From NCBI GenBank assembly GCA_963664405.1, contig OY761158.1, positions 6,208,001 to 6,272,000 of the forward strand: a stretch of 64,000 nucleotides of DNA, read 5' to 3'. The notes beneath the pieces are model-generated. The model had not been told where the DNA came from. It saw only the letters and a program-made list of their open reading frames with translations, and did not search any database. The stretch comes from Thermoanaerobaculia bacterium (GTDB lineage Bacteria > Acidobacteriota > Thermoanaerobaculia > Multivoradales > Multivoraceae). The translations under genes and the position numbers were made by a program. Below, in pieces: positions 8,454-18,534 of the stretch. Each line of letters starts with the position of its first letter. Positions within the stretch are counted from its first letter, which is position 1.

Positions 8454-10458
8454 GGGTCGGCGCGGAAATAAGTTTCCAGTATCTGGGGTGACCATACCAC
8501 TGCCCCCTTCTTCAGCCACCGCATAATCCTCCGGTACGCGCCTTGTTTGCAAGGTTTAGAGCTAGCATAGCCCTGCCCGCATTTGGTATAGTTTCCCCTG
8601 TCACCTCTTTTGGAAGGGGAACTATACCAAATGGTACGAGCCGAAGATCGTGATGCAACAGTGCGCGAGCTCTTGATGAGCGAACAGATGGCCACCATGG
8701 ATGAGCTCAAGGACGCCATGGGAACCCGAGCCACCATGACGGTCTACCGTTCGCTGTCTCGATTGGGCTATTTGGCCAGCTACTCGGATCGAGGGCGGTT
8801 CTATACCTTGAACGAGATTCCCGATTTCGACGATCTGGGTTTGTGGTCGTGCGGTTCGGCGAGGTTCAGTCGGCATGGCAGCCTCCTCGAAACTGCGGTG
8901 GCTGCCGTGGACCGGTCCGCTGCCGGCTATACGGCTTCTGAACTCGAGCTCCTGCTGCAGGTCGAGGTCAAGCACGCGATGTTGCACCTCGTTCGTCGCA
9001 AGAGAATCGTACGATCCAGAGTTGGGAAGAGGTTCGTATACTTGTGCTCGGAAACAGGGCGCCGTCGTCAGCAGAAGCTGATGCGCAACGAACGGCAGGC
9101 TCTCCAGGATGTAGCTGCCAGCCTCGTTCCAGAAGTGCTCCCCGAGGAGCTCAGGGCTGCCATCGTTTTATTCTTCAGCCTGCTAGACGAACGCCAGCGG
9201 CGGCTCTTCGCTGGCCTGGAAGCGACCAAGCTCGGGCATGGCGGCGACCGGAAGATCGCCGATCTTCTGGACCTGGACCCTCATACAGTCGCAAAAGGAC
9301 GTCGCGAGCTCTTCGGCGGCTCCGTGGAGCGCGGAAGAGTTCGAAGAGCAGGCGGTGGCAACCAACGAGTGGAAAAAAAACGCCCGAGATAGTCGATGGA
9401 ATCCATTCCATACTCGAGGCCGATATAGCTGGTGATCCCATGTCATCAAAAAGATGGACGCACGAGACCGCTGCAAAGGTGGCCCAATGCCTTGCCGAAC
9501 GCCTTGACATCATCGTATCGGCTACGGTGGTGCGTCGATTGCTCGCAGACCTGAACTATTCCCTCAAGAGCAATAGGAAATGTCTGTCTTCGGGGAACTC
9601 CCCAGATCGTGATGCACAGTTCAAGGCCATCAAGCGACTGCGCGAGGATTTCACAAGCGCTGGCGACCCGATCATCAGCGTCGATACGAAGAAGAAGGAG
9701 CTGATCGGTCGGTTCAAGAACCAGGGACAGACATGGTGCCGCGAGGCCAAGCGGGTCAAGGATCACGACTTCCGGTCCGAAGCTCTCGCCATCGCCTCCC
9801 CCTATGGGATCTACGATCTTCAGAGGAACTTCGGCGTTCTCGTCCTCGGACAGTCGTCGGACACGCCGGAGTTCGCTGTCAACAGCATCGCGACCTGGTG
9901 GCTCAAATACGGTCGATCTCACTATCCGGCGTCTCAGCGTCTCCTCATTCTTGCCGACAGCGGCGCAAGCAACGGCGCACGGCTTCGAGCCTGGAAGAAG
10001 TACCTCCAGGAGAAGCTCGTAGACAAGTGCGGCCTCATCATCACCGTCGCCCACTATCCAACTGGCACCAGTAAATGGAATCCCATCGAGCACAGGATGT
10101 TCAGCGAGATTAGCAAGAACTGGGCCGGAGTTCCTCTCGAGAGTTTCGAGATCCTCGTCAACCTCGTCCGCAACACGACGACATCCACCGGACTGCGCGT
10201 CGAGCCGTGCCGTGATCAACGCCAATACCAGAAAGGAGTCAGGGTATCGGACAAGGAAATGCTGCAGCTCGCGGTGGCCAGGAGCGACTTCCTAGGAAAG
10301 TGGAACTACACCCTCTCGCCGAGACCGCGAACCGAGCAGGAAGAGCTTGCCCCACAGCCTGGGCTCAGCTCACCACCACCTCCAATGCAGCGACCGCCCT
10401 GTGGCGCCTCGGCCTCACACGCTCCGGCGATAATGTGAAGTTATTTCCGCGCCGACCC
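8454..10458 (+). mobile_element. ISAzo13-family IS, copy 1 (2005 bp)
   Basis: 18-bp terminal IRs GGGTCGGCGCGGAAATAA / TTATTTCCGCGCCGACCC; preceded by TAA. Confidence 0.9.
8610..10438 (+). CDS. ISAzo13 transposase, OrfA (8610-9392) + OrfB (DDE, to 10438), joined by a probable -1 frameshift at A8 9373-9380
   Basis: ISVDTKKKELIG, DHDF, PYGIYD, ADSGASNG, GTSKWNPIEHRMFS motifs; OrfB is in the -1 frame and the A-run is identical in both copies. Confidence 0.88.
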
Positions 10459-10461
10459 TTA

Positions 10462-12466
10462 GGGTCGGCGCGGAAATAAGTTTCCAGTATCTGGGGTGAC
10501 CATACCACTGCCCCCTTCTTCAGCCACCGCATAATCCTCCGGTACGCGCCTTGTTTGCAAGGTTTAGAGCTAGCATAGCCCTGCCCGCATTTGGTATAGT
10601 TTTCCCTGTCACCTCTTTTGGAAGGGGAACTATACCAAATGGTACGAGCCGAAGATCGTGATGCAACAGTGCGCGAGCTCTTGATGAGCGAACAGATGGC
10701 CATCATGGATGAGCTCAAGGACGCCATGGGAACCCGAGCCACCATGACGGTCTACCGTTCGCTGTCTCGATTGGGCTATTTGGCCAGCTACTCGGATCGA
10801 GGGCGGTTCTATACCTTGAACGAGATTCCCGATTTCGACGATCTGGGTTTGTGGTCGTGCGGTTCGGCGAGGTTCAGTCGGCATGGCAGCCTCCTCGAAA
10901 CTGCGGTGGCTGCCGTGGACCGGTCCGCTGCCGGCTATACGGCTTCTGAACTCGAGCTCCTGCTGCAGGTCGAGGTCAAGCACGCGATGTTGCACCTCGT
11001 TCGTCGCAAGAGAATCGTACGATCCAGAGTTGGGAAGAGGTTCGTATACTTGTGCTCGGAAACAGGGCGCCGTCGTCAGCAGAAGCTGATGCGCAACGAA
11101 CGGCAGGCTCTCCAGGATGTAGCTGCCAGCCTCGTTCCAGAAGTGCTCCCCGAGGAGCTCAGGGCTGCCATCGTTTTATTCTTCAGCCTGCTAGACGAAC
11201 GCCAGCGGCGGCTCTTCGCTGGCCTGGAAGCGACCAAGCTCGGGCATGGCGGCGACCGGAAGATCGCCGATCTTCTGGACCTGGACCCTCATACAGTCGC
11301 AAAAGGACGTCGCGAGCTCTTCGGCGGCTCCGTGGAGCGCGGAAGAGTTCGAAGAGCAGGCGGTGGCAACCAACGAGTGGAAAAAAAACGCCCGAGATAG
11401 TCGATGGAATCCATTCCATACTCGAGGCCGATATAGCTGGTGATCCCATGTCATCAAAAAGATGGACGCACGAGACCGCTGCAAAGGTGGCCCAATGCCT
11501 TGCCGAACGCCTTGACATCATCGTATCGGCTACGGTGGTGCGTCGATTGCTCGCAGACCTGAACTATTCCCTCAAGAGCAATAGGAAATGTCTGTCTTCG
11601 GGGAACTCCCCAGATCGTGATGCACAGTTCAAGGCCATCAAGCGACTGCGCGAGGATTTCACAAGCGCTGGCGACCCGATCATCAGCGTCGATACGAAGA
11701 AGAAGGAGCTGATCGGTCGGTTCAAGAACCAGGGACAGACATGGTGCCGCGAGGCCAAGCGGGTCAAGGATCACGACTTCCGGTCCGAAGCTCTCGCCAT
11801 CGCCTCCCCCTATGGGATCTACGATCTTCAGAGGAACTTCGGCGTTCTCGTCCTCGGACAGTCGTCGGACACGCCGGAGTTCGCTGTCAACAGCATCGCG
11901 ACCTGGTGGCTCAAATACGGTCGATCTCACTATCCGGCGTCTCAGCGTCTCCTCATTCTTGCCGACAGCGGCGCAAGCAACGGCGCACGGCTTCGAGCCT
12001 GGAAGAAGTACCTCCAGGAGAAGCTCGTAGACAAGTGCGGCCTCATCATCACCGTCGCCCACTATCCAACTGGCACCAGTAAATGGAATCCCATCGAGCA
12101 CAGGATGTTCAGCGAGATCAGCAAGAACTGGGCCGGAGTTCCTCTCGAGAGTTTCGAGATCCTCGTCAACCTCGTCCGCAACACGACGACATCCACCGGA
12201 CTGCGCGTCGAGCCGTGCCGTGATCAACGCCAATACCAGAAAGGAGTCAGGGTATCGGACAAGGAAATGCTGCAGCTCGCGGTGGCCAGGAGCGACTTCC
12301 TAGGAAAGTGGAACTACACCCTCTCGCCGAGACCGCGAACCGAGCAGGAAGAGCTTGCCCCACAGCCTGGGCTCAGCTCACCACCACCTCCAATGCAGCG
12401 ACCGCCCTGTGGCGCCTCGGCCTCACACGCTCCGGCGATAATGTGAAGTTATTTCCGCGCCGACCC
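10462..12466 (+). mobile_element. ISAzo13-family IS, copy 2 (2005 bp)
   Basis: Same IRs; followed by TAA; three substitutions seen relative to copy 1. Confidence 0.9.
10618..12446 (+). CDS. ISAzo13 transposase OrfA/OrfB, copy 2
   Basis: Near-identical to 8610-10438; A8 run at 11381-11388. Confidence 0.88.
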
Positions 12467-12634
12467 TAAGTGGACCGTAACACCCAAACGTTTAGCGCCT
12501 GAGCGGCCCTCGCGGCCGATCTCTGCGTTACGCTTCCTCGACATAGTCCCCGCTATGCCTGCGTCAGCGCGCCTTGGTCTCGACCACGAATGACTCACTC
12601 AGCCACTAAACGTTCGAGTGTTACGGTCCACTAG
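12467..12634 (+). repeat. ~167-bp hairpin element, copy A
   Basis: Arms AGTGGACCGTAACAC / GTGTTACGGTCCACT; core CGTTACGC...CTCGACA...TATGCCT...CGCGCCTTG. Confidence 0.8.
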
Positions 12635-12644
12635 GAGCCAGCCG

Positions 12645-15242
12645 ATGCGAAACCTAGCCCAACGAAAAGAGACCCTTTGTGCGGCCCTTGCGGTCGTCCT
12701 GACCCTCGTCGGCGTGCTCCCGCTGGGAGCCGCGATCGAGCTTCCACGGGAGCTCGCCCAGCGTGTCGATCGGCTTGTTGCCGATGTCGAGCGCGAGCCC
12801 ACCACGGAGGAAGACCTGGTCGAGCGGGTGCGGGTGCTGTGGGACTGGGCCAACTATCTGTCGATGGAAGGTGTCTATATCGCCAAGAGGCTGCCGGTGA
12901 TAGTGGCTCGAGGCCCAGCGCCTCGGCCCGGGACGAGCGCCGCCGGCTATGCGCCTCTGATCGATACCTTTGTACGACACCTCGAACATTTGCAGCGCGA
13001 TGAGCTCGCTTTCGGCGAGGCGACCGTTGCGCCTACGACCCCGATGCCGGTGGATTCGTTTCAGACCTTGACCACGACCTTGAAGGTCGGGACTCTGGGC
13101 ATTGCGGAGGGTGGTGGAATTGTTGTCTCTCAGCACATCGGCTCGGCGACCGGCCGCTTCCAGACCAGCGACCCCAAGGGGTCCCACTATCTGACCGCCA
13201 AGGCGAGTCGGAGGGGCACACGCTTCGAGCTGACCGAGGTTCCGGTCACCGGCACTTACGGCGGGTTCCGGGGTGCGGTCGGTTTTCCCAAGTGGATCGT
13301 GCGCGGCGCCGCTCTAGAGCCGGGTGACACCGTGACCATCACCTACGGAGACCGCTCGGGTGGGGGACCGGGGGTGCAGATCGGCACTTCCTCCAACGAC
13401 GGCGTCCCACTGCCGCTATACGTCGATCCAGGGGACGGTTACGACTACGAGCTTCGCGCTCCCACTTTCTCGGTACAAGGGGGGGCGGTCAGTGGTGTGC
13501 ACGGCTTTGCGCCTTCGATCGTCGGGGTGGGCGAGAGCTTCGAGGTCTCGGTACGCAGTGAGGACACCTACTACAACCGGGCGATAGGGGAGACCCCGGC
13601 CTACGAAGTCACGGTCAATGGCGAGCCGTGGAGCGAGATTGAAAGCGATGGCAAGGCCATCCACCTACTCGCCGCGTCGTTCGATCGCCCGGGTGTCTAT
13701 CGTTTCGCCTTCAGCAGCATCGAGGGCAAGGTGCGGGGTGACGCCAACCCGGTCTGGGTGCGTCGCGAGCCGAAGCAGAAGCTCTACTGGGGCGAGACCC
13801 ACGGCCACAGCGGTTTTGCCGAAGGCGTCGGCACGCCGGAGGGCTTCTACCGCTTCGCCTGGGAAGACGCGCGCCTGGACTTCGCCACTCTCTCCGAGCA
13901 CGACATCTGGCTGTCGGACTTCGAGTGGAAGATTCTCAACGATGTTTCGGCCGACTTCCGCGTCAAGACCGACCTCATCACCTACCCCGGCTACGAGTGG
14001 ACTACCGATCGGGCTCGGGGTGGTCACCACAACGTGATCTTTCGCCGCATCGGGATGAAACGGATCCACACTCAGATGGCACCCAATCTGAGTGAGCTCT
14101 TCCATCATCTGGCGATCACTCACCCGGCCGAGGACGTGCTCACCATCCCCCATGCTCATCAGGCCGGCGATTGGCGGCTCAGTGACCTCAAGGCGGAGCG
14201 GCTGATCGAGCTCATGTCGGGGCACGGCACTTTCGAGTTCTTCGGCCAGCGCTATCTCGAGAACGGCTGGCGGGTCGGCTTCATCGGGGCCTCCGACGAT
14301 CATCTCGGTCACCCGGGCTACTCGCCCGGCGGTCAGTCTCGCGGCAGCAAGGTGTATGGCAATATCTTCCAGTTCGGTGGTCTCGCGGGAGTCTACGCCC
14401 CCGAGCGTTCCGCCGACGCCATCTTTGCGGCCATGCGGGCTCGGTCGGCTTACGCCACCTCCGGCGCGCAACGCATCATTCTCGATGCCACTCTTGGCGG
14501 GGAGCCGATGGGCACCGAAGTCGCCGAGGCCGAGGGGCAGGAGCGCCGACGGGTGATCGAAGGGCGCGTCATCGGTACCGCACCGATCCAGAGTATCGAT
14601 CTGATCAAGAATGGCGACACCATTGCGAGCGTCGCCGGCTTCGAGCCGGGCACTGTCGACGAGGAGGCCGACACGGTGCGCCTGGTGGTGAGCTTCTTCT
14701 CCGATACCGAGATCTTCTTCCGCGACAACCCCCGCGGGCACCGCACCTGGAAGGGCACGCTGACGGCGAAGGGAGCCAAGATCAAGAAGGCGAGGCTGCT
14801 CGGTACAGTGAGCCGGCTGCTTGACCGAGCGGAGGTCGAAAGTGGGGCGCTCTCGTTCTCGGTCGCGACGCGGGGGAGTGCTCGCACGATCCTGATGACT
14901 CTCAGCGACGTTTCTCCCGGCGCGAGCCTCGACTTCACACTTGAGCCGTCCGCGGAAGGCGGTCGGGCGCCGGTGGTGGTACGGCCGGCGGCCCAATTCG
15001 AAGCGGCCGCCTTCACCCTCGCCGTCCCGGTCGCCGCGGAGGAGAAGCGATACGAGCTCGCCGCCGGTCGTTACCGAGACGTCGCTTCGGTTCAGCGTGC
15101 CGACAAGCCACGAGACGACATCGAATTTCGCTTCGAAGATGTCGGCGACCCCGGCGACTGGTACTACATCAAAGCGGTCCAGGCCGACGGCCACCGCGCC
15201 TGGTCAAGCCCCTGGTGGGTCGGCGACGAGCCTCCTCTGTAG
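12645..15242 (+). CDS. Secreted DUF3604 (PHP-like metallohydrolase) domain protein, long form
   Basis: Signal peptide; YWGETHGHS, LSEHD, GYEWT, IPHAH, GFIGASDDH, RSAYATSG, AWSSPWW. Confidence 0.8.
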   Translation: MRNLAQRKETLCAALAVVLTLVGVLPLGAAIELPRELAQRVDRLVADVEREPTTEEDLVERVRVLWDWANYLSMEGVYIAKRLPVIVARGPAPRPGTSAAGYAPLIDTFVRHLEHLQRDELAFGEATVAPTTPMPVDSFQTLTTTLKVGTLGIAEGGGIVVSQHIGSATGRFQTSDPKGSHYLTAKASRRGTRFELTEVPVTGTYGGFRGAVGFPKWIVRGAALEPGDTVTITYGDRSGGGPGVQIGTSSNDGVPLPLYVDPGDGYDYELRAPTFSVQGGAVSGVHGFAPSIVGVGESFEVSVRSEDTYYNRAIGETPAYEVTVNGEPWSEIESDGKAIHLLAASFDRPGVYRFAFSSIEGKVRGDANPVWVRREPKQKLYWGETHGHSGFAEGVGTPEGFYRFAWEDARLDFATLSEHDIWLSDFEWKILNDVSADFRVKTDLITYPGYEWTTDRARGGHHNVIFRRIGMKRIHTQMAPNLSELFHHLAITHPAEDVLTIPHAHQAGDWRLSDLKAERLIELMSGHGTFEFFGQRYLENGWRVGFIGASDDHLGHPGYSPGGQSRGSKVYGNIFQFGGLAGVYAPERSADAIFAAMRARSAYATSGAQRIILDATLGGEPMGTEVAEAEGQERRRVIEGRVIGTAPIQSIDLIKNGDTIASVAGFEPGTVDEEADTVRLVVSFFSDTEIFFRDNPRGHRTWKGTLTAKGAKIKKARLLGTVSRLLDRAEVESGALSFSVATRGSARTILMTLSDVSPGASLDFTLEPSAEGGRAPVVVRPAAQFEAAAFTLAVPVAAEEKRYELAAGRYRDVASVQRADKPRDDIEFRFEDVGDPGDWYYIKAVQADGHRAWSSPWWVGDEPPL

Positions 15243-15277
15243 GCGCGTCGAGGATCCTCCGGCGGTCGCAGTCGCCG

Positions 15278-15433
15278 GGGCCGGATCGCAGGCCGCAAGA
15301 AGGGCGGACGCTGGGGGCCGGGCTGCTTCGCGGCGTGCCTAAGGTGTCTTAGGGATGCTGAGTGGAGATCGGGATAATTATGCTTCGCAGCCCGGCCCCC
15401 AGCACCCGCCCTTCGCGGCCTGCGATCCGGCCC
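15278..15433. repeat. Long stem-loop element with CTTCGCGG...AATTATGCTTCG core
   Basis: ~45-bp imperfect inverted arms; the core recurs at 45955-46385. Confidence 0.75.
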
Positions 15434-15479
15434 TGTGAAGGGTCGCTCCGGAAGGGTCTGCTTCGAGCCCTTTTCAGTC

Positions 15480-15646
15480 CTAGTGTCGTGTCCCAGAAAG
15501 GCCTACCCAATAGCTCGGCCCCTTTCGCTCGCTGCCTTCGTTACGCCTTGTCGACAGATCTCCCAATATGCCTGCCTCGACGCGCCTTGGCAGCGAACGA
15601 AATGACCTCGATCTATTAGGCAGGCATTTCCGGGACACGACACTAG
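15480..15646 (+). repeat. ~167-bp hairpin element, copy B
   Basis: CTAGTGTCGTGTCCC / GGGACACGACACTAG arms; same core as copy A. Confidence 0.8.
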
Positions 15647-15683
15647 GTGCTTAGACAATCTGAGGCGGCCCCGGAGCTATTCA

Positions 15684-17483
15684 CTATTCACTGTTTTGCG
15701 TCGGTTGATACCAGATCGGCGACGTATACGCGCGCTCCTGGATGGAGGGCGGCACCTGAGGCGGCGGCTCGATGCCGAGTGACACGGCATCGTACGTACT
15801 CCAGCGCGGAGTCGGGATCTCCAGCACACGTGCGTAGTAGAACGCGGGTAGCGCTGGATCGAAATCCGGATCCTGCCAGAGCCTCGCGAGGTGTGCATCA
15901 CCGATGTCGTTGGTGAAGGTCGCCGTTGCCACGTCGACGGTATTGCCGACTGGCGCAACGGTGCCATCGGTCGCGACCGCGCGCGCGTCGGCAAGTGCAA
16001 CATCGTAAACCTTCTCGTGTGTCTTGCCATCTGCGGTCCAGCCTTTGATGATCTGGATACGATCTAGATTGCCGCTCTCGGGGTCTTTACTTGCCCAGAC
16101 CAGCAAACGCGGTGCCTCTCCTTGCGCCCCTTCGAGCACGCCGCCCATGGGTACGCCGCCCGCGTAGGCAGCGCTGACCCAATCGTGGCGCCCAACTAGA
16201 TCGGCCGGATAGCTCCAGCCGGCGAATAGGCGGACTCGGATGCGCGTGCCCGTGGTTGCGTAACTCTCTCGACGGCGCAGCGCGTCGAACAGTTCCTGCC
16301 GCGTGTTCTCCCTCGCCCAGATCGCGCTCAAGCCTCCGGCGCTGCGGGTCGTGAGCGGGGTGTCGTTCCAGGGACGTTCTTGAAATCGGCGCAGCTGCGG
16401 CGTCGAGCCGAAGCCCGGGCCGTAGGAGCCTGTCATGTTGTTCTCCTCGATAGCGGAGGCCCCCGAGTGAAAGTCCGAGGCCCCGACGAAGCCGAACTCG
16501 AAGGGATTGAAGCCTTCCCGCGCCTGGTAACGCAAGCCTTGCAGCAGGGCTTCACGCGCGTAGCGTCCGGACGTGCCCTCTCTCAGCTCTGGTGGGGTGC
16601 GATCCGGATACAGCGCGAAGTCGGCAAACTCGTCGTTCGGCGACAGCGCCGGGTGGGTCTCGGAGGCGCCCTTGTGCTGCACGATCTCGACCAGGGGCTC
16701 GTTCCATGTGCGGCGCGCGGCGTAGTGGGCGGAAAACGGCTTGCCGTCCCACGTCGACAGCTGAAAGGCGAGGCCTCCTGAGATGTTCATGTTGTGTGGA
16801 ATCGCGAGCACGCGCAGGCCGCGGGTGCGCTGGCGCTCCAGATAGCTCCATAGATCTTCCGGGTTCTTCGAGTCGACCGCGGAAAACGGCAGGGGAAGGT
16901 CCTCGGTGTCGGCGAAGATGACGTTGCGGTGCATGGTCTGTCCGTCCGGTGAGGAGGTCCACTCGTAAGCGGCAAAAGTCGTGAATTCGCCGGGTGCATA
17001 GTGGCGATCGGCGGCGGCTACGATCTCGCGCCAGACCCTAGCCTCGAGCTCCGGGTTGTCGAAGATCTCGTCGACGGCGCCGCCTCGGAGTGTTGCGCTC
17101 CACTCGAAGAAGGCCTGGGCGCGCTCCATCGGATCGTCCGAGCGCACCATCTTGACGACTTTGTGGTCAGGCTGGGCAAAAGCAGGGTCGATGAAGGACT
17201 GCAATACGCCGATGAACGACGCGTGATCGGTCACCGCAAGAAAGTCGAGCCCCGTGGAGAGCCGGATGGACTGGCCGCCGACGTGGGCTACGGCTTCCCC
17301 CTTGGCGTAGCGATAGGCATCGTCCGGGGTGCGCTCTGTCGTGAAGGCGAAAGCATCGTTCGAGAACCGGGTATGAAGATGTAGATCGCCGAAGTAGACG
17401 TCGGTCGCGGGGTCGCGGGCAAGCGCCGTCGGTGCTTGGGAGATCAATATCAAGGTGAGTAGGCGAATCATCGATCTCATCAC
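15684..17483 (-). CDS. Secreted DUF3604 domain protein
   Basis: YFGDLHLHT, LDFLAVTDH, AYEWTS, MHRNV, IPHNMN, ASDFH, QERAYTSPIWY. Confidence 0.88.
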   Translation of the reverse strand: MMRSMIRLLTLILISQAPTALARDPATDVYFGDLHLHTRFSNDAFAFTTERTPDDAYRYAKGEAVAHVGGQSIRLSTGLDFLAVTDHASFIGVLQSFIDPAFAQPDHKVVKMVRSDDPMERAQAFFEWSATLRGGAVDEIFDNPELEARVWREIVAAADRHYAPGEFTTFAAYEWTSSPDGQTMHRNVIFADTEDLPLPFSAVDSKNPEDLWSYLERQRTRGLRVLAIPHNMNISGGLAFQLSTWDGKPFSAHYAARRTWNEPLVEIVQHKGASETHPALSPNDEFADFALYPDRTPPELREGTSGRYAREALLQGLRYQAREGFNPFEFGFVGASDFHSGASAIEENNMTGSYGPGFGSTPQLRRFQERPWNDTPLTTRSAGGLSAIWARENTRQELFDALRRRESYATTGTRIRVRLFAGWSYPADLVGRHDWVSAAYAGGVPMGGVLEGAQGEAPRLLVWASKDPESGNLDRIQIIKGWTADGKTHEKVYDVALADARAVATDGTVAPVGNTVDVATATFTNDIGDAHLARLWQDPDFDPALPAFYYARVLEIPTPRWSTYDAVSLGIEPPPQVPPSIQERAYTSPIWYQPTQNSE

Positions 17484-17672
17484 GGCGGCTGACCTCCAGC
17501 ATTTTCAATTGGCACAAGCTGCGTTGGCGCAAGGCTAGCATTGGAATTCGGCCCAGGGCCGCGTGGCTCTCGGCGACGGCCGCCCCCCAAGACTCGCAGA
17601 GTCGGCCTGCGCCGTTTTCCGGAGCGAATAGGAAGCAACGCCCAAGTGCGCCGTCCTCGGCGCCAGAGACAA

Positions 17673-17839
17673 CTAGACCAGCGTTTCCAAAGTCGCGCTA
17701 CAATAGCTCGCGGTCATTCTGTTCGCTGGCAAGGCGCGCCGACGTAGGCATATTGGGGAATATGTCGAGGAGGCGCAACGCCGCCAGCGGGGCAGAACGG
17801 GCCGAGATATGTAGCGCTACTTTGGAAACGCTGGTCTAG
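17673..17839 (-). repeat. ~167-bp hairpin element, copy C (inverted)
   Basis: CTAGACCAGCGTTTCCAAAGT / ACTTTGGAAACGCTGGTCTAG arms; the reverse complement carries the same core. Confidence 0.8.
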
Positions 17840-17958
17840 CTTTCGAAAATGATACTCATCATTTTTGAAAGCTAGGAGCGTGTCCGAGAATTCGGACAGG
17901 CGAGTAGTTCTTAGGGGGGGATGGGCCGGAGAACGGGCCGCAGGTCCGTTTTCCGGGG

Positions 17959-18378
17959 CTAGCTCACGAGTGTCCAAAGCGCCTTGGCAAGGCTCAGGAA
18001 CGGCGGGTCGGGGACCTCTCTGCCCGCCTCCTCGAGGGCTTTCACCTCGGTATTGATGCGCTCGATCTCGCCGCCGTCGAGCCAGAAGCCTCGGCAGGAG
18101 CGGCAGTAGTCGAGAATGATGCCGGTGTGGATATTGAATTCGACCTTTTCCATCTTGCCGCCGTCGCAGGCGGGGCAATCGGTGGGGGGCGAAGCATCCG
18201 GGTGGTCGAAAGTGTCGAGGTCGACGGTCGAGAACTCGAGATCGCCTTCATGAGGCTCGGCCATGGCGTCGAGCCCGCCGGGCGCAAGGTACATGCCCCG
18301 GCACTCCGGGCAAGAGAAGACCTCGTGCTCGTCGAGCTTGGCGAGCGTGGCCTCTGTGTTGCTGCGTGGACACTTCAC
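17959..18378 (-). CDS. zf-TFIIB-type zinc-ribbon protein
   Basis: CPECRGMYL, CPACD and CRSCRGFWLDGGE motifs. Confidence 0.75.
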   Translation of the reverse strand: MKCPRSNTEATLAKLDEHEVFSCPECRGMYLAPGGLDAMAEPHEGDLEFSTVDLDTFDHPDASPPTDCPACDGGKMEKVEFNIHTGIILDYCRSCRGFWLDGGEIERINTEVKALEEAGREVPDPPFLSLAKALWTLVS

Positions 18379-18534
18379 TGTCCGCCTACCTTACCAGCGT
18401 CTCGGCGCCGTGCGGTTCCTTGCAGATGCTCTGAAAACAGGGCTTCGTTCGGAAACATCTTCTTGAGTCGCGTCGATGTCAATGAGAGCATGGGCGATGC
18501 CGGGAAACGATTGGAACTGATCGGGAGGTTAGCG

